In this document: in pieces, positions 7,654-14,334 of the stretch
How positions within the stretch are numbered: position 1 is the stretch's first letter
Layout: each line of letters begins with the position of its first letter
IMG/VR virus record: IMGVR_UViG_3300037419_001409
Location: 1 to 34,003 of that record
Length of the DNA stretch: 34,003 bases
Strand: one strand, 5' to 3'
Origin: a virus
Taxonomy: Duplodnaviria > Caudoviricetes
Notes under the pieces: generated by a model
The model's database searches: none
The model's input: the letters and a program-made list of their open reading frames with translations, nothing else
What the model was told of the DNA's origin: nothing
Made by a program: the position numbers and the translations under genes

Positions 7654-8073
7654 ATGAGCAGCGCCGAAATCGACAACATCCTCGACCTCCTCGACGCGTT
7701 CGCGGACCGGCGCGGCGGCGGGAGGGAGCAGGCGTGTTTCCATGCCGCGAAGATCATCCGCGAGCTTGAGGCCGAGAACGCCCGGCTGCGGAAGGACCGC
7801 CTGGATTGGGTTGGCGCGACCTTCCACGAAGAAGACCGGGTTGCGGAGCTTGAGGCCGAGAACGCCAAGCTGGCCGCCTTCGCCCGCGAGATCATCGAGC
7901 CCGCCTTTGATGGGCAAGATGTGGACGGCGCCACGATCCAGCGCGTGGCGCTCCACTACGGCCTGCTGGCGGAAAGCAAGTACGACCCGGAGAAGCACGG
8001 CTCGTCCTTCGCCGAGCCGGGCGATCAGTGGTTCACCTACGCGGGACCGCTCGCCCCGCCGAACGCACGATAA
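7654..8073 (+). CDS. Hypothetical phage protein with internal ELEAENA repeat
   Basis: AGGAGG RBS; ELEAENA coiled-coil motif occurs twice. Confidence 0.75.
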   Translation: MSSAEIDNILDLLDAFADRRGGGREQACFHAAKIIRELEAENARLRKDRLDWVGATFHEEDRVAELEAENAKLAAFAREIIEPAFDGQDVDGATIQRVALHYGLLAESKYDPEKHGSSFAEPGDQWFTYAGPLAPPNAR

Positions 8074-8093
8074 TGCGGCTTAGCTTGCGTTCG
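8060..8093. repeat. dif/Xer-like inverted repeat CGAACGCACGATAA-TGCGGC-TTAGCTTGCGTTCG
   Basis: 14-6-14 imperfect palindrome with a TAA-N6-TTA centre; the TAA is the stop codon of the upstream gene. Confidence 0.5.
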
Positions 8094-8126
8094 GAATGAC
8101 CCGCACCCGACCCTGGAGAACCAGAG

Positions 8127-8357
8127 ATGACCGAGATGATTGAGCGCGTCGCGAGAGCCATCGCCGATGCCTTCATGGAAGACTATTCGGAGGCGCCGAA
8201 CCTGTATGACGAGATGGCCGAGGCCGCCATTGCCGCTATGCGCGAACCGACCGAGGCGATGATTGAGGCCGGGCGCTGGCCTGCCGAGGACGATGGCCCG
8301 GCAGCTTGTTGGCAAGCGATGATCGGCGCCGCCCTCACCCCCACCAAGCAGGACTGA
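8127..8357 (+). CDS. Conserved small phage protein (MIERVARAI...AMREPTEAM family)
   Basis: Motif pattern common in alphaproteobacterial phages; GGAGA RBS; distant similarity to 20701..20967. Confidence 0.75.
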   Translation: MTEMIERVARAIADAFMEDYSEAPNLYDEMAEAAIAAMREPTEAMIEAGRWPAEDDGPAACWQAMIGAALTPTKQD

Positions 8358-8361
8358 GAGC

Positions 8362-8619
8362 ATGCTGACCGACAAGCGCCGTCGCATCCTGCGATGCCTG
8401 GACAAGATCAACGAACGCAACGAGGCGTGCCCATCGGCCTATGAGGTTGCGATCCGGTGCGGAGAGCATCGCACCGCCAGCGATTGGGCTATCCGCCCGC
8501 TTGCCGACATGGCCGAGAAGGGCTGGACGGAGCGTGTCGGCGTCACAGTCGGCAACGCTCGCACGTGGCGCATCACCGAGGCTGGCCGGGCCGCCCTCGC
8601 CCATTCCGTCGATGCATAG
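8362..8619 (+). CDS. Winged-helix-like small protein
   Basis: MLTDKRRRIL...SAYEVA...L..MAEKGW.ER...WRITEAGRAAL. Confidence 0.65.
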   Translation: MLTDKRRRILRCLDKINERNEACPSAYEVAIRCGEHRTASDWAIRPLADMAEKGWTERVGVTVGNARTWRITEAGRAALAHSVDA

Positions 8620-8676
8620 CCCGAGCTTGTCGGCAAAACGGTCGTATTCCCGCCACGGAGAGGCATCGAAACTTTT

Positions 8677-8729
8677 TAGGCCCCTGGTTCCTTTTTCCGT
8701 TGACGCGGTAGGAACTAAGGGCCTATAAG
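8677..8729 (+). promoter_or_regulatory. Promoter with two TAGG-N9-CCT(A/T) operators
   Basis: TTGACG (8700)-N18-TATAAG (8724). Operators at 8677-8693 and 8709-8725 are near-inverted copies of each other. Confidence 0.6.
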
Positions 8730-8755
8730 AGGTCATCAGAGACGGAGACGCCGCC

Positions 8756-8980
8756 ATGACCCGCACCGAACTCAACGCCCTCCTCGCCGCCGCCACGAAG
8801 CGGATGATCTCTGAGCGGAAGACCATCAAGCTGCCGACCGGCGTCCTGAAGACCTCGACCTTCGTCCGCGAGGTTTACGACCTGCCGACCGGCGAAACGG
8901 TGCGGATCGTTGAGGACCGGCTCTATGACGGCCCGAGCAACCGCAACCACTGCACCTACCGGCTTGAGGTGGCGGCGTGA
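8756..8980 (+). CDS. Hypothetical protein
   Basis: GGAGA RBS downstream of the promoter; GTGA overlap with the HTH gene. Confidence 0.7.
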   Translation: MTRTELNALLAAATKRMISERKTIKLPTGVLKTSTFVREVYDLPTGETVRIVEDRLYDGPSNRNHCTYRLEVAA

Positions 8981-9210
8981 CCGCCGCCGAACTCCGCGAG
9001 CTGTTGCGGTCCCTCGGCCTTAAGCAGGTCGGGGCGGCCCGCCTGCTCGGCAAGAACCCGCGCACGGTGCGCAAGTGGGTCTTGGATGAGGCGCCGGTCG
9101 ATGAGACCGCCGCTCGCTTCCTCCAATACATCCTGGCGAAGGGCGACAGCGCGGAGGAGGCGTTGCGCGTGCTGGAGCCCTTCCTTCGCCAAAACCAAAC
9201 CCCGGAATAG
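8977..9210 (+). CDS. Xre/Cro-type HTH regulator
   Basis: MTAAELRELLRSLGLKQVGAARLLGKNPRTVRKW. Confidence 0.85.
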   Translation: MTAAELRELLRSLGLKQVGAARLLGKNPRTVRKWVLDEAPVDETAARFLQYILAKGDSAEEALRVLEPFLRQNQTPE

Positions 9211-9241
9211 CGGCCGTTTTTCGGGACATCAGGAGAAGGTG

Positions 9242-9475
9242 ATGGACTGGCATCCCATGGATACCGCCCCGAAGGACGGGACGGCGTTCCTCGCCTACTG
9301 GCTGCGCGAGCATACGGGCGGCGAGCGATACGAGGCCGAGCAGCCCTACGTGGTCGCGCACTATTACCGCGGGCGCATCTACCCATCATGGATCGGCGAG
9401 GACGTGCCGACCCATTGGCAACCGCTTCCCTCACCGCCGTCCGACAAAACGGACGCGCCGGCTGCGTCGGAATGA
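9242..9475 (+). CDS. DUF551-like protein
   Basis: WHPMDTAPKDGT...PTHWQPLPSPP signature; AGGAG RBS. Confidence 0.85.
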   Translation: MDWHPMDTAPKDGTAFLAYWLREHTGGERYEAEQPYVVAHYYRGRIYPSWIGEDVPTHWQPLPSPPSDKTDAPAASE

Positions 9476-9513
9476 CGGTCGGTTTTCGGGGCAGCCGGCG
9501 CTAGGCTTGCGGG

Positions 9514-10029
9514 CTAGGCCCCTTGGCCCTCACCCCGGCGAGCCAGTTCGCGTTCGATGGCTTCGCGGATGAAGCCCGACCGGGTTTCGTCGTTGCCCAG
9601 CACCGCATCAATTCGCGCGACGGAGCCCTTCGGCAGCCGCATCATGAACTGCTCAGCGAACCCGGTCCGCCGCGCGCCAGGGTCCAACTGCGGGATCAGA
9701 TTACGATGGTCGAGCTGCGCCATGTTGGCGATGCCGTGCTCTACGGCGACCCTGGCCTCGTCTAGGGTCACGGTGAACCACTCGCCCCGATAGTGCTTAT
9801 CGCGCAGCCAATGATGGACGTACCGCTCCACGGCGATAGCCTTCTGTGCCTTCACTGGCCACTGGCCGAGCACGCGCAAGGGATGCCCATCCCGCCCCTG
9901 CGCCTGAAGCTGCTTCAAGCGGGCTTCCGGCACCATTGCGTGCCCGATCTTTAGCGGCCCGTCATCTGGTCCAATGGCGTAGAGGAAGCAGATCACGCCG
10001 TCGCGCGAGAGAGAGCTAGCGTTTGGCAT
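9514..10029 (-). CDS. GIY-YIG (T5orf172-like) nuclease fused to a C-terminal RHH domain
   Basis: FLYAIG....LKIGHA..PEARLKQLQ...VERYVH.....RGEWF; C-terminal MRLPKGSVARIDAVL..ETRSGFIREAIERE. Confidence 0.8.
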   Translation of the reverse strand: MPNASSLSRDGVICFLYAIGPDDGPLKIGHAMVPEARLKQLQAQGRDGHPLRVLGQWPVKAQKAIAVERYVHHWLRDKHYRGEWFTVTLDEARVAVEHGIANMAQLDHRNLIPQLDPGARRTGFAEQFMMRLPKGSVARIDAVLGNDETRSGFIREAIERELARRGEGQGA

Positions 10030-10237
10030 TGCCGCGCCCCTCGCTCTCCAGGCCGATCTCGACCAGCCGCCGGATCGCAGCCGACAGGTTCGGGACTGGG
10101 CGCTGTGTGGCCCGCCAATCCTCTACGAGGTCGATCCATGAACGCGGCGCGACGAGCTGCAAGCGCTCCGTCTTGCTCTTCTCGTCCAGCTTCGGCCGCA
10201 TCCGCCTGTCCGCATCGTTTTTTCCGACCCGGATCAT
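10016..10237 (-). CDS. Ribbon-helix-helix-like regulator
   Basis: TERLQLVAPRSWIDLVEDWRATQRPVPNLSAAIRRLVEIGL; AGGGGG RBS. Confidence 0.75.
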   Translation of the reverse strand: MIRVGKNDADRRMRPKLDEKSKTERLQLVAPRSWIDLVEDWRATQRPVPNLSAAIRRLVEIGLESEGRGNAKR

Positions 10238-10247
10238 TACGTCCCCC

Positions 10248-10280
10248 TTGCCTATCTTGCCAATGGTGTGTAACTTACAC
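10248..10280 (+). promoter_or_regulatory. Putative promoter with palindromic operator GTGTAA-C-TTACAC
   Basis: TTGCCT-N17-TAACTT; palindrome at 10268-10280; the same TGTGTAACTT occurs at 6351-6360. Confidence 0.5.
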
Positions 10281-10311
10281 CTCATTGGCAGGAAACGCAA
10301 GGAGACGCCCG

Positions 10312-10674
10312 ATGGACGAGACCAAGCTGCCGAAATGGGCGCGGGACAAGATGGAAGCACTCCGGCGCGAGGCGAGCGACCTGAGAAAGGATCGGGATGC
10401 CCTGCTCGGACAGGGCGACCCGTCGCGCTGCCGAGACCTCTGGTTCGAGGGCTACTATGGCGACGAGACTGCGTTCCCCGCGCCTCTGTACGGCCGGCGC
10501 CTGATCTTCCGAGGGTCTACCGGCAAGATCCAAATCACGGGCGAGCACGCAATCCGAGACAGCGGAGAGACGTGGCTAAACATCAACGGCATTGACGGGG
10601 CCGGTCTGATTGTCCGGCCACACGCATCAAACGTCGTCATGATCCGCGTCGCGGGGCACGGCGAGATCAGCTGA
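10312..10674 (+). CDS. Hypothetical phage protein
   Basis: AAGGAG RBS; MDETKLPKWA...LIVRPHASNVVMI. Confidence 0.75.
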   Translation: MDETKLPKWARDKMEALRREASDLRKDRDALLGQGDPSRCRDLWFEGYYGDETAFPAPLYGRRLIFRGSTGKIQITGEHAIRDSGETWLNINGIDGAGLIVRPHASNVVMIRVAGHGEIS

Positions 10675-10733
10675 CCCTTCGCTAACCCCGAAGGCCGGCA
10701 AAACGGCCGAATATCCGACATCAGGAGAGAGCG

Positions 10734-11051
10734 ATGAGCCAACACACACCCGGACCATGGCGCGTGTTCACGACGCCTGACAATTCAAAGATCATCGGCA
10801 TTGGCGAGCGTACCGGCGACGGCATAGCAGACTGCGGCTTTGGTGTTTGGCGGGGCGGCAGCGAAGAAGCTCGCGCTAATGCTCTGCTCATGGCCGCCGC
10901 GCCTGAGCTTCTGGCCGCGCTCAAGTGGTTCATCGACGATATCGACGGCACGCACACCGCCATGGTCGATTTCGACCGCAACGTGGAGCTTGCCCGCGCA
11001 GCTATCGCCAAGGCCGAGGGGCGCGACACAACATCTAGTGTGTCGGCTTAG
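10734..11051 (+). CDS. Conserved small phage protein (HTPGPW...ANA.L.AAAPELL family)
   Basis: Common phage motif; AGGAG RBS directly after a family-1 site. Confidence 0.8.
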   Translation: MSQHTPGPWRVFTTPDNSKIIGIGERTGDGIADCGFGVWRGGSEEARANALLMAAAPELLAALKWFIDDIDGTHTAMVDFDRNVELARAAIAKAEGRDTTSSVSA

Positions 11052-11080
11052 CGGCGTTTTCACGACATCAGGAGACGGTG

Positions 11081-11263
11081 ATGGACGAACCTGCACAGCC
11101 CAGGCCAGCAACATACGTGAGCGACCTGATCTATGAGGGTGTACGGCAGAAGTCACCCGAGGAGGCCACCGCCCATATCGAGCGGTTGCGGCGAGCCTAT
11201 GCGCGCCGCGGGCAGTCATTCCCGAGGCCCCCGTCCGACAAAACGGACGCGCCGGTCAAGTAG
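11081..11263 (+). CDS. Small hypothetical protein
   Basis: AGGAG RBS; bounded by family-1 sites; ends PPSDKTDAP like 9242..9475. Confidence 0.6.
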   Translation: MDEPAQPRPATYVSDLIYEGVRQKSPEEATAHIERLRRAYARRGQSFPRPPSDKTDAPVK

Positions 11264-11374
11264 GGAAAGCGGCCGTTTTCCAGACATCGCTCCGGGGTGG
11301 CTCCGGAGCCGATCAAAACGCCCCTGATCGTGTCGGGAATGCGTGTCAACTATTCAATCGTCGGAGAAACGGTG

Positions 11375-11767
11375 ATGCCTGATAATCCCGACACGGCGCT
11401 GCCGGCCGACATCGCGGCGGCGATTGAGGTGTTTCGGTGTGCGGCGCGCGATGAGACGCGATACCCCGACGGCGCGAATATGAGCGCGACCGCATCGGCC
11501 CGCGCCGCCCTCACCGCCGCTATCTTCGCCCGCCTCGCCGCCGCCGAGGCGAAGCTGGCGCACTGCGAAAAGACCATGGCGCCGCTGAGCAACGACGGCC
11601 AAGCCGTTTGGGTGGATGGCACCGGGCTTGTCCCGCTCGACTACTCGCAGGGCCGCGACCTCGCCGCCGCCCTCGCCCGCGCGGAGCGGCTGGAGGCCGA
11701 GCGAGACGCCGCTATCGAGCGCATCATCAGCCTGGAAAAGCGCATCGACGCGATGATGCGGCTCTGA
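11375..11767 (+). CDS. Hypothetical Ala-rich coiled-coil phage protein
   Basis: GGAGA RBS before MPDNPDTALP. Confidence 0.7.
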   Translation: MPDNPDTALPADIAAAIEVFRCAARDETRYPDGANMSATASARAALTAAIFARLAAAEAKLAHCEKTMAPLSNDGQAVWVDGTGLVPLDYSQGRDLAAALARAERLEAERDAAIERIISLEKRIDAMMRL

Positions 11768-11814
11768 ACATGGCGGAGACGGTAGAACTCGAACGGTTTA
11801 GCAAGGGGAATACA

Positions 11815-12030
11815 ATGAGCGACGAAGGAACCGAGTGGTTTTGGCGCATCGTTGACGCCAACGGCTTAGGCGACGTCCCGAGCGACGAGGGGCCAGCCCT
11901 TCGGCTGCTGTGCGAGCGTGCGGCCAAGGCGCAATGGCTTAAGGCCGAGAACGCGCGGCTACAGGCCGAGCTAGAGACAGCCCGGCACACCATCGCGGCA
12001 ATGGCTGGCCACATCAACGCCCCCGCCTGA
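11815..12030 (+). CDS. Small hypothetical protein (alternative in-frame start at 11770)
   Basis: AAGGGG RBS; coiled-coil LKAENARLQAELE. Confidence 0.65.
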   Translation: MSDEGTEWFWRIVDANGLGDVPSDEGPALRLLCERAAKAQWLKAENARLQAELETARHTIAAMAGHINAPA

Positions 12031-12632
12031 TGGCGGATGGGATTACGGCCATTTCGGCAAGTAATTCAAGAGCGGGGACTGTTATGAAGATTGAGACGGC
12101 AGGATTGCTAACAATAGCCGACGCATTGGAGCAAGAAGGAAGGCGTCTCGCTGCCGGGTGTATTCGAGAGGCCGCAGCCGAAATCTCCGCCCTACGTGCC
12201 GCGCAAGTTGGGGCCGGTGATGGGGCCGAGAATGAGCCGGGCGCCACGCTCGACGGGCGACTGAAAGCCGCCGGCATGTTTACGGTCACGGAGATGATGG
12301 GACAAACGCCCCTTAGCCGGTGGCAGGTTCATGCCGGAATGAGCGGCCTTGAAGCCTTCGGGGAATGGCTCGACCGCAAGACCGCGGAATACACCCGCAT
12401 GCGGGCCGGCTATGAACTCGGCGACAAGGACAAGTCAGACGAGCTTTACGAGTGGGTGCTCGCCCATTCTGCCGCCTTCGCCACCATCCGCGCGAACTTC
12501 ATAGCGGCAAGGGATCGCCAAGCGGCGGTCAATGTTGGGGCCCGAGTTGGGGCCGGCGAGGATCAAGCAACGCCGTCCGCATGATACTTCAACGGGTTAG
12601 CGAACATTTGCGAATGTAGCAATCTCCGCCAT
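12030..12632. mobile_element. Putative non-autonomous attL-cargo-attR mini-element 1
   Basis: Core at 12030; arm pairs at 12207/12219 and 12534/12546; TGATACTTCAA box at 12582; core right arm at 12625. Confidence 0.55.
12084..12584 (+). CDS. Hypothetical phage protein (alternative start at 12030)
   Basis: ORF spans mini-element 1; RLKAAGM.TV.EMM...PL..W..HAGM domain. Confidence 0.7.
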   Translation: MKIETAGLLTIADALEQEGRRLAAGCIREAAAEISALRAAQVGAGDGAENEPGATLDGRLKAAGMFTVTEMMGQTPLSRWQVHAGMSGLEAFGEWLDRKTAEYTRMRAGYELGDKDKSDELYEWVLAHSAAFATIRANFIAARDRQAAVNVGARVGAGEDQATPSA

Positions 12633-12653
12633 ACCGAAGGCCAGGGGTTAACG

Positions 12654-12905
12654 ATGACCGGCACAGCTCAGATCAGCCTCGAAACGGGGCGCAAGTTTCC
12701 ATACGATCAAGGCGAGCGTCGCCGGCCACCGAAGGCGAAGGATTGGGCAGAGGCCGCCGCCCGTGGCGTGCTGGCCGATCTCTGCGACCGCCGCGGGATC
12801 AAGTGGGCGCTGCAAGACGACGAGATCACCGACGACGTGCGCCGGGAGATCGTCGCCTCGCTCGCTGCAATCATCCGCCTCGCACACGAACAGGCGTCGG
12901 CCTGA
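12654..12905 (+). CDS. Conserved small phage protein (AARGVLADLCDRRGIKW family)
   Basis: ORF between two family-2 sites; AGGGG RBS. Confidence 0.75.
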   Translation: MTGTAQISLETGRKFPYDQGERRRPPKAKDWAEAAARGVLADLCDRRGIKWALQDDEITDDVRREIVASLAAIIRLAHEQASA

Positions 12906-12907
12906 GT

Positions 12908-13422
12908 ATGGCGGACGGGGCCACGGAAATTTCGGAAGGTATTGCGATGAGCGAAACAGTAATCACGGACGTGCTTCCGGGTCTTCGTCAGCTTCACGAG
13001 GAATTGCTCGCCGAAGGAAAACTAGAGCGCAGCGTAGACGTTATGTTCGCCATCCTCGAACTTGAGCGACTGTCCGCCAAACCCGTTGGGGTGAATGTTG
13101 GGGCGGGATGGAGGCCAATTGAGACGGCGCCGAAGGATGGCAGCCGCATTCTGATCTTCAACCCGAAGAGTGACCGCCATCCTGTTTGCGAGGTGGCATG
13201 GGCTTACGTCTATGAGGGCGGCCCCGGCTACTGGTCCACGCCTCACGGCATCAGCGGTCGAGGCTATACGATCTTACCGGAAGCTCCAACGCATTGGATG
13301 CCGCTTCCCGAACCGCCATCAGATGTTGGGGTAAATGTTGGGGTAAGCGCCCCATCAGTAGAGCCCCCGCCTGATACTTCAAAGGCTTAGGGCATAGTTT
13401 GCTCGGACGGGGCCACAGACAT
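12908..13422. mobile_element. Putative non-autonomous attL-cargo-attR mini-element 2
   Basis: Both ends share CGGACGGGGCCAC; arm pairs at 13085/13097 and 13325/13337; TGATACTTCAA box at 13372. Confidence 0.65.
12947..13390 (+). CDS. DUF551-domain fusion protein (alternative start at 12908)
   Basis: WRPIETAPKDGSRIL...PTHWMPLPEPP domain, flanked on both sides by VGVNVG. Confidence 0.8.
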   Translation: MSETVITDVLPGLRQLHEELLAEGKLERSVDVMFAILELERLSAKPVGVNVGAGWRPIETAPKDGSRILIFNPKSDRHPVCEVAWAYVYEGGPGYWSTPHGISGRGYTILPEAPTHWMPLPEPPSDVGVNVGVSAPSVEPPPDTSKA

Positions 13423-13442
13423 CAGGGAGATGAGGAAGGTCG

Positions 13443-14048
13443 ATGGACGCGGTAACGCCTAAGAAGTGGACCAAGCCGACAACAAGGCCAGAGACCGCGT
13501 CCGCTCGCTTCCATGCGAAGTGGATCGGTGAGCCCAATAGTGGCTGTTGGCTTTGGCTCGGCGGCCTGTCTGCTAACAAGTATGGCTCAATGCATGATGG
13601 GGAGCGGATGTGTGGCGCGCATCACTTCTCGTATCGGCTCCATCACGGGCTAATCCCGAAGGGCATGTTCGTTTGCCACTCCTGTGACACGCCAATTTGC
13701 GTGAACCCGGATCACCTGTTCCTCGACACACCATGCGGGAACCAAGCTGACATGGTGAAGAAGGGGCGAGCACGCGCGGGCAATCCAGAATGGTGGCATT
13801 CGGAGGAGCTGCGGAAGAAGGTTCAGCAGGACCCGCGCCCTTACCGCGTGATCGCTGAAGAGTACGGCTTGAAGTTCAACACGGTGAAGGCATTCAAGTC
13901 GGCCGAACGTAAGGGCGATTGGCGCCGGAACCTACGCAGCATCCGGATCGAGACTGCCCGGCTGCGAGCGGCGCTTCAGCAGATCGCTGGCATGACGCAG
14001 GCGGACGAGATGGCCGAGGTGGCCAAGCGCGCGCTGAGCGGCGACTAG
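13443..14048 (+). CDS. HNH endonuclease (HNH_3-like) with C-terminal HTH
   Basis: SGCWLWLG...YG...AHHFSY..HHG.IP.GMFVCHSCDTPICVNPDHL......N.ADMVKKGR. Confidence 0.9.
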   Translation: MDAVTPKKWTKPTTRPETASARFHAKWIGEPNSGCWLWLGGLSANKYGSMHDGERMCGAHHFSYRLHHGLIPKGMFVCHSCDTPICVNPDHLFLDTPCGNQADMVKKGRARAGNPEWWHSEELRKKVQQDPRPYRVIAEEYGLKFNTVKAFKSAERKGDWRRNLRSIRIETARLRAALQQIAGMTQADEMAEVAKRALSGD

Positions 14049-14082
14049 TGGCGGACAGGGGAGAACCCATACCAGGGAGAGA

Positions 14083-14334
14083 ATGATGCAAACGGAGCTT
14101 AAGCCGGCGCAGGTCGATGCCGCGTACCGGATGTTCTACGGCGAAGGCAAGAACCTCGGCGAGATCACGAAGGAACTCGGGTGCGGGATCTATGACCTGT
14201 CGCCCTGGCTCACGGCGCCAGCGCTGCGGATTGGGCGCGAGGCGCGAGAAGACGCCTCCGAACGGATCAAGATCCTTTGTGCGGAGATCAAGCGCCTAGA
14301 AGATGCAAACGACCGCCTGACCTCGCGGCCGTAA
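14083..14334 (+). CDS. Small HTH-like hypothetical protein
   Basis: GGGAGA RBS; EGKNLGEITKELGCGIYDLSPW. Confidence 0.65.
   Translation: MMQTELKPAQVDAAYRMFYGEGKNLGEITKELGCGIYDLSPWLTAPALRIGREAREDASERIKILCAEIKRLEDANDRLTSRP

Larger units (their letters stand above)
8628..11286. repeat. Family-1 intergenic ~28-bp palindromic sites (6 copies), consensus TGTCGG-N5-CGGYCG-N5-CCGACA
   Basis: Copies at 8628-8655, 9200-9228, 9465-9493, 10693-10720, 11041-11067 and 11259-11286, each at a gene boundary. Confidence 0.8.

Noticed and set aside
11771-11860. Complete tRNA-Ser on the minus strand
   Set aside because: Only the last ~24 nt resemble a tRNA. The 5' T-stem strand does not pair, and the rest is coding sequence.
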